A stretch of 64,000 nucleotides of DNA from Saprospiraceae bacterium (GTDB lineage: Bacteria; Bacteroidota; Bacteroidia; Chitinophagales; Saprospiraceae): contig CBDDLT010000005.1 of the NCBI GenBank assembly GCA_965230755.1, positions 221,467 through 285,466 on the forward strand, given 5' to 3'. Below the pieces are notes generated by a model. It saw nothing but the letters and a program-made list of their open reading frames with translations. It ran no database searches and had not been told where the DNA came from. The position numbers were made by a program, and so were the translations under genes. Positions within the stretch are counted from its first letter, which is position 1. Each line of letters begins with the position of its first letter. Below are positions 37,626 to 48,460 of the stretch, one piece after another.

Positions 37626-40019
37626 TCATTCTCCGGGAATTAATTGCATTAGTCTCCATCCATCTTCAAAATTCGACTTCATCCACTGCATTCTATACTC
37701 TCCATTGTGATACAAGCCGGCCTGATCACCATAGTGCTTACTGGAAGGATGACCGCTCTGTCCTGTTGGCAGCACATTCCAACTGCTATCCGGATGAGCC
37801 ATATCTATCACTCTTCTAATAGCAGGTCCTCCCGATATTTCATGGACACAAGTACTGTCATTCGTAAACAATTGATTCAATACCGTCTCGACACCACCCG
37901 GCATATCATAAGGACCGACATTGAAGTATTTATTAATGACAGGAAGATCTCCCAGGGCATGCTTATGGACTAAGTTTCTCGCTCCTCTCCACTTCCAATT
38001 TTCCGCATTCGACGTTCCAAAAAAGCTTTCGAGTTCCTCAAGCGTTTCGCCCCAAGCCTCATTGAAAATGTCAGACCTTGATTCAACCTCTTCCGTCGAT
38101 ACATTGTCCCACCATGGGTTATTGGGATATGATATAAACTTAGGATAGCTTCTTTTATGCATATGATTGCTAATCCATGAGGCAAACAACTCATCACCTA
38201 ATTCATCTTCACAGGCTAGTCTCTCAATATGGTACATCCACCTATAAAAAATACTAGGCAGATAGGAATCCAATCCGTGATTTCCATCCCAAGTGGATAA
38301 GGCGGCAATTAGATTATGCGATTGGTTCTCATCACTCAAAGCTGAAATTAATTCTTGAACCATCTCTGGATAAGCAGGATTGACATGATCTAGTATTACC
38401 TGTTGAACTTCTTCCGGGGTCCAGTCTTCTTTGGCTTCCAATTTCCCATAGATTCGACGATACCTATCCTTAGGAACATAGTACCCGGGATGTAAATGGC
38501 CCGCATAACTTTCGGGTTGATTATTGGTATTGACTATAATACCAGAGCTGGGGTTGATATCATGAGGGTTTTCTTCGAATTTTAAATAACCAGCATAGTC
38601 ATCCTCACTGTTATATCCCCTGTAAAAGGACTTTCCATGAGTACCTTTGGCTCGAATGGGTATCTTAGATAATCCCCACCATGCAATGTTGTCATTGATA
38701 TCCGCATAGACCATATTGATACCTGGAGAATGTATCATGGACATGGCTTCAAAAGCCTCGGACTTACTTTTGGATTCTGTCAAAGCTAAAGAGGCTTCCA
38801 GGTTCTCCGACAAAAAATCGGTATAGACCCATTTCAAAGCCACAGGTTTAGCAGTAACCAATCGAACCTCCTTGATTACATCATTGACAATGGGTCCATG
38901 TGGTCCCGTTTTTACCCTTAGTTGTTGAGGCTCCTCTTGCCCTTTAATCTTAATTTCATATTGATCTATGGTCAAATCTATCCATGTACTATCTTTTCGA
39001 ATTTGATCTGTATTGGAAGGATTGTATTCCTCAACAAAAAAGTCCATATCATCAATCTCAAACATCGTCATTCCCCAGCTGTGATGATCTGTATGCCCAA
39101 TGACGGCATAGGGGAATCCTGCTAAATAATTTCCGTAAACATTATGTCCCGGATAACTAATGCGAGACTCATACCAAACTGCCGGCTGACTGTATCTAAT
39201 ATGGGTATCGTTGACCAAAATGGGTTTACCGGATCGCGTCTTGCTTCCAGCTAATACGAAACCATTACTACCATGAAAAAGTCCAAGGGGAATCTTATCC
39301 GTGATCGTTCCAATTGCATTTTCGACATCAGATTCTACATCAGTACTATCTGTATTGAGCACTGGAATTTCGAATTGGTTACCTTCTCTGTTGAGATTCA
39401 GTGCGTCCAAATAGTTTTGTCCATACTTATCTAGGATATAGCTCACATGAGGATCCGTTCGCATAGCAACTGCAAAACTAAAAGCCATGTACCCACTAAT
39501 AGCAAAGCAATCTTCCAGTTCAAAGGGTTCTAAGTCAATTCCCATTAAGTGAAACTCAATAGGTTTTTTCCCTTCTTTTATATAGGCATTGATCCCGTCG
39601 ACATAGGATTTGGTCTCCTTGAAGGAACGCGGTTGGTTTTCCTTATACCGTGCCGCACATTTCTTTCCGTGCTTATCCAGTCCAAGGGTCAAGAATAACT
39701 CATCAACTTCAAGGAGTTCTTTTCCCAATATCTCTGCTAGTTTTCCCTTAGCTATTCTTCTAAGTAATTCCATTTGAAAAAGTCGCTCGGAGGCATGAAC
39801 ATACCCAAGTGCCATATACGCATCCTGACTACTTTGAGCCTTTATGTGTGGAATTCCATAATCATCGAATGCGACATCCACTGGTTTTTCCAAACCAGCA
39901 ATTTCAACTTCTCCTGAATAACGAGGAGTCTTGGATTGTAAGAATAAATAAAGTGCCAAAACCACAAGCACCAATACTCCTAAGATGCCCAAAAGAATCT
40001 TTTTAGTCCAACTCATCAA
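37626..40019 (-). CDS. Penicillin-acylase-family Ntn hydrolase (peptidase S45); possibly an acyl-homoserine-lactone or penicillin acylase
   Basis: 797 aa with a signal/TM segment. The alpha-subunit region has HGIPHIKA...DAYMALGYVHASERLFQME. The predicted beta-subunit N-terminal nucleophile motif GSNGFVLAGSKTRSGKPILVNDTH is of the Ser-Asn-x-[FW] type. Confidence 0.8.
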   Translation of the reverse strand: MMSWTKKILLGILGVLVLVVLALYLFLQSKTPRYSGEVEIAGLEKPVDVAFDDYGIPHIKAQSSQDAYMALGYVHASERLFQMELLRRIAKGKLAEILGKELLEVDELFLTLGLDKHGKKCAARYKENQPRSFKETKSYVDGINAYIKEGKKPIEFHLMGIDLEPFELEDCFAISGYMAFSFAVAMRTDPHVSYILDKYGQNYLDALNLNREGNQFEIPVLNTDSTDVESDVENAIGTITDKIPLGLFHGSNGFVLAGSKTRSGKPILVNDTHIRYSQPAVWYESRISYPGHNVYGNYLAGFPYAVIGHTDHHSWGMTMFEIDDMDFFVEEYNPSNTDQIRKDSTWIDLTIDQYEIKIKGQEEPQQLRVKTGPHGPIVNDVIKEVRLVTAKPVALKWVYTDFLSENLEASLALTESKSKSEAFEAMSMIHSPGINMVYADINDNIAWWGLSKIPIRAKGTHGKSFYRGYNSEDDYAGYLKFEENPHDINPSSGIIVNTNNQPESYAGHLHPGYYVPKDRYRRIYGKLEAKEDWTPEEVQQVILDHVNPAYPEMVQELISALSDENQSHNLIAALSTWDGNHGLDSYLPSIFYRWMYHIERLACEDELGDELFASWISNHMHKRSYPKFISYPNNPWWDNVSTEEVESRSDIFNEAWGETLEELESFFGTSNAENWKWRGARNLVHKHALGDLPVINKYFNVGPYDMPGGVETVLNQLFTNDSTCVHEISGGPAIRRVIDMAHPDSSWNVLPTGQSGHPSSKHYGDQAGLYHNGEYRMQWMKSNFEDGWRLMQLIPGE

Positions 40020-40031
40020 AAAAATCTAATT

Positions 40032-40475
40032 TTAAAACCAGCCCGCACCGAATCTTGGTGGCCATGGTATACCCGCCATCAAGAAAACAAAAGCGAGAAT
40101 GAGTAAAATCGCTATTATTCTAGTTCCTTTAGGGTTACCAATTGATCTCTTCGCCTTGCTATATGCAAAAGTAATTAACAGTATCGCAATCAACATCATC
40201 GTGAAATGCTCCACCGTAAAGAACCTAATCATAGCATCTTTCATCGCCGTTCCCATATCAGATAAAAGCACCTTAGGCGACTTAAAATAGAGTACAATAC
40301 CGATCAGAAGCTGTATATGAGCACTGATCATGGCATATAGTAATAACTTCTTACTCCCCTGGGTATGTGATTCCTTTTTTATCCACAGGCTAACTGATGT
40401 GGCAAGCGCTAAAAGCAATGTGATTAAAACAATCCATCTCATGCCGGAATGGGCAGATTGTAAAGCTGTATACAT
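40032..40475 (-). CDS. Hypothetical integral membrane protein (4 TM), upstream of and co-oriented with the acylase
   Basis: Hydrophobic ORF whose stop is 13 nt from the acylase start. Confidence 0.4.
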   Translation of the reverse strand: MYTALQSAHSGMRWIVLITLLLALATSVSLWIKKESHTQGSKKLLLYAMISAHIQLLIGIVLYFKSPKVLLSDMGTAMKDAMIRFFTVEHFTMMLIAILLITFAYSKAKRSIGNPKGTRIIAILLILAFVFLMAGIPWPPRFGAGWF

Positions 40476-40611
40476 AGTAGTTTTTTTTATCCGAATCTAA
40501 GTTAGCAATTAACTTGATGGATTAAAATCACTGAATGAAATAATGGAATATATTCTTCGAATCATAAAAACAGACGCGAAGCGCTCAAAATCAATAGTGA
40601 AGAATAAAATA

Positions 40612-41772
40612 CTATTTTTTTACCAACTTGAGTACACGATAAGATGATCCTTCTTTCAAATGAATCCAGTACATACCCTCCGACAAGTCGGTCAAATCCA
40701 TGGTTTGCACATAATTGGACTGCTTCAATTCATGGCCTAGGACATTCATGATTCTAACTTCTTCTACAACTTGATTAAAAGATAATTGATCGTAAACCGG
40801 ATTGGGGAACAGCAATAATTCCTGTTCCGGTTGCTCAATATTAGAAGTGGTAATATCAGCGACTTGGACATTATCCGTTGCAGTTCCTATATCAGATTCA
40901 GTATTTCCTCCCATGGCAAAGAGTCTTCCTCCTACTCCTACGACCCCGCAGTGTCTCCTACTTTGAAGATTACCAGTTAGTTCTGTAAACGTGTTGCTCT
41001 CCGTATCAAATACTCCTAAATAGTTTAGATTAGAATAGTCCCCTACCACATAAATTTCCTTTCCTATTATACCTGTCGAATGTCCGGAAATGCCTGAGTT
41101 CATATCTATCGGTGTTTCCCATCTCTTTGTGTCGAGATCATAAATATAAATTTTATCAGAAACGGTCCCATTATAACCGCCGATGATATACAACTTACCA
41201 TCCACTACTTCGCCTTCAGTATTAGACGAAATTGGCATTTCTCCTACTTCATTCCACTCATTATTTTCTGGATTCAGTTCAAATATTCTACTGGAATATG
41301 GATCAGATAAAAACTCACTAAAAAATCCTCCAAATGAATAGATCTTTCCATCCCAAGTAGATACACCGGCAGAATGTACAGGATGAGGATTATTCATCAC
41401 TGTAACAATATCACCAGTATTGATATCAATGATTTCGAGATTGGGATTCCAGATTCCACCAGACAGTTGACCGTTGAATACATAAAGTTGATCTTCTACC
41501 AAAGCCATAGAGCCAAATCTTTTGGGAATACTTTGATCCGTTAAGACGGTCCAGGTACCATTGGCTATATCGTATTGATAGATCTCGGAACTGTACTGTT
41601 CTCCCGGCCCAAATCCATTGGCCAAGAATACGTATTCATCATTGGCTGCAGTACCAACGGCACTTCTCGCCTTAGGAAGATTGGATACATCGGAAAATTG
41701 TATTTCCTGAGCAATCAAGCATAAATTCGTACCAATAATGAAAAAAATCAGTGTTGATAATATGGTTTTCAC
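40612..41772 (-). CDS. Secreted Kelch-repeat beta-propeller protein with T9SS type-A C-terminal domain
   Basis: Repeated G..YVFGG / G.LYI.GG Kelch units. The C-terminus LLFPNPVYDQLSFN...GMYWIHLKEGSSYRVLKLVKK is a Por_Secre_tail. Confidence 0.7.
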   Translation of the reverse strand: MKTILSTLIFFIIGTNLCLIAQEIQFSDVSNLPKARSAVGTAANDEYVFLANGFGPGEQYSSEIYQYDIANGTWTVLTDQSIPKRFGSMALVEDQLYVFNGQLSGGIWNPNLEIIDINTGDIVTVMNNPHPVHSAGVSTWDGKIYSFGGFFSEFLSDPYSSRIFELNPENNEWNEVGEMPISSNTEGEVVDGKLYIIGGYNGTVSDKIYIYDLDTKRWETPIDMNSGISGHSTGIIGKEIYVVGDYSNLNYLGVFDTESNTFTELTGNLQSRRHCGVVGVGGRLFAMGGNTESDIGTATDNVQVADITTSNIEQPEQELLLFPNPVYDQLSFNQVVEEVRIMNVLGHELKQSNYVQTMDLTDLSEGMYWIHLKEGSSYRVLKLVKK

Positions 41773-41811
41773 TCTACTACCTCATTTTAAATTCTAAAAA
41801 TAATAAAACTA

Positions 41812-42036
41812 TTACTTGTCCTCGTTCATGTAATAACTCAAAGCACCGGATGGACAGGCATTAATTTGAGCGATAAGCTCTTCCGTACTGGCATTCTCCG
41901 GGTTGATCCATGGTTTTTCTTTCGGTTTATAAACATTGGGCAATGTTTTAACACATACTCCAGCATGCTCACACTTGCCAGGTTGCCAAACTATGGTTAG
42001 TTCGCCATTGGTATACTCTTTTTTTAAAGTTGCCAT
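41812..42036 (-). CDS. Small (4Fe-4S)-binding protein (divergent mono-cluster ferredoxin-like, DUF1271 type)
   Basis: 74 aa with a CEHAGVC...C pattern and a C-terminal CPSGAL. Confidence 0.55.
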   Translation of the reverse strand: MATLKKEYTNGELTIVWQPGKCEHAGVCVKTLPNVYKPKEKPWINPENASTEELIAQINACPSGALSYYMNEDK

Positions 42037-42097
42037 AAACTATCGTTTTACCTTTGTAAAATTACTTATTGATTAAAATATCAGACGTTATACCGCA

Positions 42098-43123
42098 TTA
42101 ATCCGACATTATTTCTTCTGATCCATCAGCGTGAAGAGCGAATCTACCCTTATTTCGATCATGAACCTGTTCTATCTCGGGCCAGGGCCATCCACCAAAT
42201 TTGGTTCTTCTATAATCTTCAAATGCCTCTTGAATCTCAGATTCAGTGTTCATCACAAAAGGACCATACTGTACAACCGGTTCATCAATAGGTTTTCCTT
42301 GGAGCAGCATAAAGTATGCTTCTTGGTCTCCATTTGTGATATTCAATTCCTGTGTAGGATCAAGCTCCACAGAATGATAATTCCTAACCTTCACTCCATC
42401 CACTGAAATCTCATCTCCTTTATAAAAATAGAGAATTTTATTCAAGGATGAATCAGGATAGGAAGGAACTTTCCAAATGGCATTAGGTTCCATTTTTATT
42501 GTCAGTACTGTTACTGCATTCTCTGGATTAGAGGCCCAAGAATCAGGTGTTGGTTTTGGTGCATTATTGCCTTTATAATTACCGGCGATCAGGTCGATGG
42601 TAGTATTTCTTCCTTTTTCATCACTTTCAATGATCTCAGGAATAGATTCTTTCCAGATCATCTTAAAATGAGGTCGCACAAATTTACTTCTCTTCGGAAG
42701 GTTTAGCCATACCTGAAAGATCTCTAATGGATTGGGCTTATCATCATGTATCAAAGGGAACATCTCGGAATGCTGAACACCTCTGCCTGCCGTCATCCAC
42801 TGGACATCTCCTTCACCAAATCTACCCGCAGCTCCTAGGGAGTCACTGTGATCTACAAATCCCTCTTTGTTAATAGTAATCGTCTCAAATCCTCGATGAG
42901 GATGATGTGGAAATCCTGGAATACTGGTGCCGTGGTACATTCTATAGCCATCCCTTACGACAAAGTCATTGCCAACACTTCTGCCCTTGAGTTGGTCAAA
43001 TTCAACTCCCATCTTATCGTTTCCTTTAGGATACTCATCTCTGTGATGGGCACAAAACAAAAAGGGGTCCTTAGTTTTCCATGGGAAACCCATGGTTTCC
43101 ACTTTCAATACTTTATCAGACAT
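42098..43123 (-). CDS. Pirin-family bicupin protein
   Basis: N-terminal cupin with metal-ligand motifs HHRDE... and GFPHHPHRGFETIT. Confidence 0.85.
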   Translation of the reverse strand: MSDKVLKVETMGFPWKTKDPFLFCAHHRDEYPKGNDKMGVEFDQLKGRSVGNDFVVRDGYRMYHGTSIPGFPHHPHRGFETITINKEGFVDHSDSLGAAGRFGEGDVQWMTAGRGVQHSEMFPLIHDDKPNPLEIFQVWLNLPKRSKFVRPHFKMIWKESIPEIIESDEKGRNTTIDLIAGNYKGNNAPKPTPDSWASNPENAVTVLTIKMEPNAIWKVPSYPDSSLNKILYFYKGDEISVDGVKVRNYHSVELDPTQELNITNGDQEAYFMLLQGKPIDEPVVQYGPFVMNTESEIQEAFEDYRRTKFGGWPWPEIEQVHDRNKGRFALHADGSEEIMSD

Positions 43124-43210
43124 ACTTAATAATTGATGAATAATTAGAACAAGAATATTCTAAGGCTACAAACAAGCTTATGCCCAATAAGTTGAAAAAA
43201 GGATTAAATA

Positions 43211-43855
43211 CTATGGATACAATCGATGGAAAGTCCAGCCACCTTCTTTTTCCTCATACACGATTCGATCGTGCAATCTGCTGGATCTACCCTGCCAAAA
43301 CTCAAATCTGGAAGCTCGAACTCTATATCCTCCCCAGTTTTCTGGCAAGGGAATGCTCTTACCTTCATATTTCGCCTCTAATTCCTTGTACTTTTCCTCT
43401 AGAATTGATCTGGACTCCAGTACATCACTTTGATTACTGACCAAGGCACCAAGCTGACTATCACGAGGTCGGGATTCGAAATACTTCAAGGACTCATCCC
43501 TAGTTATCTTTTCCACCAGGCCTTCTATTCTAACTTGACGATGAATAGCTTTCCAAAGAAAGGTTAAAGCGACATTGGGATTTGAATCCATTTGCTTCCC
43601 TTTATCGCTACTATAATTGGAATAAAAAACGAAACCTTTTAGATCGTAAGATTTCAATAAAACCGTCCGAGATTTCGGAAACCCATTCTTGTCTACGGTC
43701 GCGAGGATCATCGCATTGGGTTCTAATAATTCATCGTATTTAATGGCGTCAGCCATCCAACGATTGAACAACAAGAACGGGCGGTCAGGTAAATCTCTCT
43801 CCAATAGATAATCACGATTATAATTGACCCTATAATCAGACAAATCTCTATTCAT
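43211..43855 (-). CDS. pdxH: Pyridoxamine/pyridoxine 5'-phosphate oxidase
   Basis: LATVDKNGFPKSRTVLLK...RQVRIEG...ESRPRDSQLGALVSNQS...IPLPENWGGYRVRASRFEFWQGRSSRLHDRIVY. Confidence 0.9.
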   Translation of the reverse strand: MNRDLSDYRVNYNRDYLLERDLPDRPFLLFNRWMADAIKYDELLEPNAMILATVDKNGFPKSRTVLLKSYDLKGFVFYSNYSSDKGKQMDSNPNVALTFLWKAIHRQVRIEGLVEKITRDESLKYFESRPRDSQLGALVSNQSDVLESRSILEEKYKELEAKYEGKSIPLPENWGGYRVRASRFEFWQGRSSRLHDRIVYEEKEGGWTFHRLYP

Positions 43856-43858
43856 ACT

Positions 43859-46800
43859 TTATGTTTTAGAGGTCCACTTCCTCACCAAGAACTGAACATT
43901 AAAGTTCAACCAATACATAACAGGAACGACAATTAGGGTCAAAAAAGTTGCAAATACAAGCCCATAAATGACGGTCCACGCCAGAGGCCCCCAAAACGCT
44001 ACATTATCTCCGCCTATGAATATTTTAGGATCCGATTCTGATATCAATGTGAAGAAGTTGAAATTGAAGCCTATGGCCAATGGGACCAAACCCAATACTG
44101 TAGTAATCGCTGTAAGCAAAACTGGTCGTAAACGCGTACTTCCCGCCTTGATAATAGATTCTTTAACATCGCTCTTAGAAAGGAATTGACCCCTTTCCAA
44201 ATTGTGATCCGTCCTCTTCCTTTTGATCAGCAAGGCTATATAATCTATGAGGACTATGGCATTATTCACAACAACTCCCGCAAGAGAAATAATTCCCACT
44301 CCAGTCATAATGATAATGATATCTGAATTGGTAATTACGTATCCCAGGAATACTCCAATCGTACTGAAAAGAATAGACAGAACAATGATAAACGGCGAAC
44401 TAATAGAATTAAACTGAGCCACGATAATGATGAAAATGGCAAAAAGAGCCACTAAAAAAGCCGAACTTAGGAATTCCATATCTTCTGCTTGTTGCTGCTG
44501 TTCCCCAGTAAACTCATAAGTATAACCTCTTGGCATTTGATACTCTGCCATTTTCAGATTCAATTCTGCTACAATTTCATTAGCATTATATCCAGCAAGA
44601 ACGTTAGAATAGATCGTAATCATCCTATTCAGGTCCTTTCTTTTGATCGAACTATAGGTAGAAGAATACTCAAAATCTGTGACGGCACTTACCGGAATTT
44701 GCACCATCTGACCCTTCATATTTCTGAAGGTTATCTTCTGATTTAAAAGATCATCTATATTATTTCTATACTTTTCATCCATTCTAACCATGATGGGATA
44801 ATCATCCTCTCCCACTTTGTATTTACTCACTTCCTTACCATAAACAGATGTTCGAATGGCATCCGCAATCATACCAGTAGATATCTCAAACTTTCTAGCT
44901 GCTACCCTATCTATTTTAATCAATAATTCCGGTTTTCCCAATTGGACATCCGTCTTTAATTCCTCAATTCCAGGAATATTAGATTGGTTAATGTAGGATT
45001 TGATATCATTAGCCAACGTTGCTAACTCATCTATATCTTCCCCTCTTATCTCTAAGTTTATCGGCTTACCTGTCGGTGGTCCGTCGGCATTTTTATCCAC
45101 CACAATTTCGACACCTACGTAACCCTTCAGCGTTTCTCTGATGTCATTTAAAATCGCTTTTGTGCTGACTCCATCTCTTTCCTGTGCAGGTACAAAGGAA
45201 ACAGTCAAACGAGCACGGTTAGGTGAAGCTCCTGGTTCAGGAGGACCATTAGGATCTGCTGTGTCTTCTCCAATTTGGGTCAATACTGCCTCTACAATCT
45301 GCCCATGCGGTTCGATAACCTTACTTATTCTCTCCTCAACATCTTTTACAATATTATTGGTCTTTTCGATATCTGTACCCAAAGGCATCTCAACAAAAGC
45401 ATTGACATATAGAGGATCTGCCTCGGGGAAGAAATCCACTTTCGGTGCCCGTATAGCCAATAAAACCAGAGCCAATATCAATAAGAAGAATGTTCCCACA
45501 AAGATCCCAATAGCATTTGTTTTTCGCAATGCAAATCGGATAAAGTTATCGTATCTCTTCTCCAACCAAGGTAGAAATGAATTCTGGAATCTAAATGATG
45601 CCGGACGAAGCAAAAAGAAATTAACACCGGAAACTAAGAATACCAGAATAAATATGTTTCTCAGCCAAACCACTTCCAGGAAAAAGAAAACAATGGCAAG
45701 AGCCAGATATATCAGAAGCATTCTGATCACATTTTTTCTTTTTCGCGCTCTTACGCTTTCCTCATCCGCCAATTTATCAACCTTCATAAATCTACTGGTG
45801 AAAACAGGATTGATCACCAAGGCCACAAATAAAGAACTCAGCAAAACGAAAATGAGTGTAATAGGTAAGAATTTCATAAAACCACCCATCAATCCAGGCC
45901 AAAATGCCAATGGAATAAATGCCGCCAAAGTAGTTGCTGTACTGGCAATGATAGGCATCGCCACCTCTCCGGCACCTGATTTGGCCGCTTGTAAAGGAGG
46001 ATATCCCTCCTGCATATATCGATAGATATTCTCAACCACAACGATGGCATTATCTACCAATAGTCCCAGAGCTAATATCAGAGCAAATAGAACTACCATA
46101 TTCATGGTGTAGCCAATCATGTAAAGTCCCAGAATACCCAACAACATGCTCAATGGAATTGCCAAACCGACGAAACTCGCATTTCTCAATCCCAGGAAGA
46201 AAAGCAATACCAGTACTACCAGTAAAACTCCTGAAATGATACTATTTTCAAGGTTCGAAACTTCATTCCTCGTGTTGATGGACTGATCATTAAACAATGA
46301 TACTTTCAAATTTTCAGGAAATACTTTTGCCTTGGCCTCGTCTACAATTTCTTTGATATTATCCGACGCGGAAAGCAGGTTAGCTCCTTTCTTCTTAACC
46401 ACATCCACGGATACAACTGGAAACTTATCACTTCGGGCATAACTTGTACGTGATTTATAGCCAAACTCAACATCTGCTATATCTCGGAGAAAAACTGTCT
46501 TCCCATCTTCCGCTTTGACGATCATATCGCTGATGTCCTCAGCGGTTTCAAATTCTCCAAGGATTCTGATGGCCCTTCGAAAATCGTCTTTTACCAACTC
46601 ACCACCTGACATGGTCATATTCTCTGAAGCCACAGCGCCTTCTATATCTCCAAAAGATATCTGCATGGCCGCCATCTTCATCATATCAACATCAATCTTT
46701 ACCTCTCTTTCCAGCGCGCCCTTGATATTTACCCCACTTATTTCGTCCAGCTCGTCTAATTCATCCTCCAAATATTCAGCAAAATTCCTCAACTCATCGT

Positions 46801-47278
46801 TGGTGAAATCTCCGGATAAATTAACGGTCATAATGGGTAATTCCGCAAAGTTGATGTCCTCCACCAGAGGTTCCTGGTTCAGGTCATTGGGAAGCTCAGA
46901 TTTAGCCAAATCCACTGCATCTTTTACTCTATCCACTGCTAAATCAATGTCTACATCCGATTCGAATTCCGCGATGATTACGGAATAATCCTGTAGACTT
47001 GTACTGTTGACATGCTTCAGTCCATCTACTGTTTGTATTTCTTTTTCGAGCTCTCTGGTTACCAGGTTTTCAATATCCTCGGCTGAGTTACCGAAATATG
47101 CCGTGTTGACATAAACCTGAGGAAAAGAAATTTCAGGAAATTGCTCTTTCGGCATATCATTATAGGACCTCAAGCCGAACAAAAGAATCATGGCAGTCAC
47201 AAGGAATACACTGGTTGCGTTATCCACGGCCATATTGGTGAGACCGAATTCTTTTAACTTCTTTTTAATTTCACTCAC
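43859..47278 (-). CDS. RND efflux transporter permease subunit (AcrB/CzcA superfamily)
   Basis: 1139 aa. Twelve-TM architecture with two large periplasmic loops. The opposite-strand shadow ORFs are Ser/Ala-rich, which is typical of these genes. Confidence 0.85.
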   Translation of the reverse strand: MSEIKKKLKEFGLTNMAVDNATSVFLVTAMILLFGLRSYNDMPKEQFPEISFPQVYVNTAYFGNSAEDIENLVTRELEKEIQTVDGLKHVNSTSLQDYSVIIAEFESDVDIDLAVDRVKDAVDLAKSELPNDLNQEPLVEDINFAELPIMTVNLSGDFTNDELRNFAEYLEDELDELDEISGVNIKGALEREVKIDVDMMKMAAMQISFGDIEGAVASENMTMSGGELVKDDFRRAIRILGEFETAEDISDMIVKAEDGKTVFLRDIADVEFGYKSRTSYARSDKFPVVSVDVVKKKGANLLSASDNIKEIVDEAKAKVFPENLKVSLFNDQSINTRNEVSNLENSIISGVLLVVLVLLFFLGLRNASFVGLAIPLSMLLGILGLYMIGYTMNMVVLFALILALGLLVDNAIVVVENIYRYMQEGYPPLQAAKSGAGEVAMPIIASTATTLAAFIPLAFWPGLMGGFMKFLPITLIFVLLSSLFVALVINPVFTSRFMKVDKLADEESVRARKRKNVIRMLLIYLALAIVFFFLEVVWLRNIFILVFLVSGVNFFLLRPASFRFQNSFLPWLEKRYDNFIRFALRKTNAIGIFVGTFFLLILALVLLAIRAPKVDFFPEADPLYVNAFVEMPLGTDIEKTNNIVKDVEERISKVIEPHGQIVEAVLTQIGEDTADPNGPPEPGASPNRARLTVSFVPAQERDGVSTKAILNDIRETLKGYVGVEIVVDKNADGPPTGKPINLEIRGEDIDELATLANDIKSYINQSNIPGIEELKTDVQLGKPELLIKIDRVAARKFEISTGMIADAIRTSVYGKEVSKYKVGEDDYPIMVRMDEKYRNNIDDLLNQKITFRNMKGQMVQIPVSAVTDFEYSSTYSSIKRKDLNRMITIYSNVLAGYNANEIVAELNLKMAEYQMPRGYTYEFTGEQQQQAEDMEFLSSAFLVALFAIFIIIVAQFNSISSPFIIVLSILFSTIGVFLGYVITNSDIIIIMTGVGIISLAGVVVNNAIVLIDYIALLIKRKRTDHNLERGQFLSKSDVKESIIKAGSTRLRPVLLTAITTVLGLVPLAIGFNFNFFTLISESDPKIFIGGDNVAFWGPLAWTVIYGLVFATFLTLIVVPVMYWLNFNVQFLVRKWTSKT

Positions 47279-47288
47279 GAATCAATAT

Positions 47289-48443
47289 TTATTTTGATTG
47301 AACTCTTATTTCTTGATTGTCTCTTACTCCCTGAACACCATTTCGAATGAGTATTTCTCCTTCTTTTAAACCTTCCGTTATCACGACATGATCATCGTAA
47401 GACATGCCAGTGCTCAAGTATTTCTTTTTCGACAACCATCCATTCTCTCCTTCTACTGCCGTAAAAACGTATTTCTTACCTCCCACTTCTTGCTGTACGA
47501 TATTTACCGGTAACACAACAACATCTTTTTCTTGATATTCCAGAATCTTTACTTCGGCCAGTAGATTTGGTTTGAGAATTCCGCCACTGTTGTTCAGTGC
47601 CATTTCCACCTTAAAACTTCTATTGCCAGGATTAATTCTGGCACCCACAAGATCAATTCTTGCTTTTCTTGTTTCATCCAATGCGGGGAAATAAACTTCT
47701 ACCAAATCCCCTCTCTTTACAGCTTGTAAATAGTTTTCCGGAACGTCTACCTCCACTTTCACTCTGCTAGTGTTGATCATCATCGCCAATGGTTGTCCTG
47801 GAGCTAACACTTCACCCTGCTTGACCATTTTAGTATCAATAGTTCCTGAAATAGGAGCATATACTTTAAATTTCCCCATCTGATTGTCCAGCGTTTCCAA
47901 GGATTTCTCCAAAGCTTCCTTGTTGTTCTTGGCCTCAAGATATTGGATCTCAGAGCCTATGTTTTGATCCCAAAGTCGCTTTTGCTTTTCATAAACCGTT
48001 GTAGCCAACTTAAGTCTGGTTTCTATTTCTGCCCGTTGATATCTTATATTCTCATTGTCCAAAGAGGCGACTAATGATCCCTTCTTGACGAACTGTCCTT
48101 CTTCAATGCTTAAAGTAAGTATTCTACCTCCAAACTCAGAGCTGATATTCACTAGATCATCCGTTCCTACTGAAGCGGGAAGCTTGACGTACTTAAGAAA
48201 TTCCTGGTTTTCAATGGTATCTAATTCGACCAGCGGATAACTATCTTCGGGACGAATTCCACTCTGCTCTTGAATCAAGATCTCCAAAGAATCCACCTCT
48301 TTTTTCATCGCCTCTAAAGTCTTTTTCTTTTCGACGAGTAGCTTCTTTTTCGATTCTAAATCCTCCGGAATTGCGTTATCCTCAGGAGCTCCACATGAAA
48401 AGAGGAGAAATAGTATTCCGGTTAAAATAAAGTATATTCTCAT
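47289..48443 (-). CDS. RND efflux periplasmic adaptor subunit (HlyD/MFP family), lipoprotein
   Basis: Lipobox LFSCGA. Coiled-coil hairpin, then beta-barrel/lipoyl-like domains. It lies between the TolC-like and RND genes. Confidence 0.8.
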   Translation of the reverse strand: MRIYFILTGILFLLFSCGAPEDNAIPEDLESKKKLLVEKKKTLEAMKKEVDSLEILIQEQSGIRPEDSYPLVELDTIENQEFLKYVKLPASVGTDDLVNISSEFGGRILTLSIEEGQFVKKGSLVASLDNENIRYQRAEIETRLKLATTVYEKQKRLWDQNIGSEIQYLEAKNNKEALEKSLETLDNQMGKFKVYAPISGTIDTKMVKQGEVLAPGQPLAMMINTSRVKVEVDVPENYLQAVKRGDLVEVYFPALDETRKARIDLVGARINPGNRSFKVEMALNNSGGILKPNLLAEVKILEYQEKDVVVLPVNIVQQEVGGKKYVFTAVEGENGWLSKKKYLSTGMSYDDHVVITEGLKEGEILIRNGVQGVRDNQEIRVQSK

Positions 48444-48460
48444 TGTTTGTTTTTTTCTAC

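Noticed and set aside
45141-46988. Plus-strand ORFs 45141-46025 (294 aa) and 46515-46988 (157 aa)
   Set aside because: They lie antisense within the RND pump gene and encode low-complexity Ser/Thr/Ala-rich sequence. These are shadow ORFs of a highly biased membrane-protein gene.
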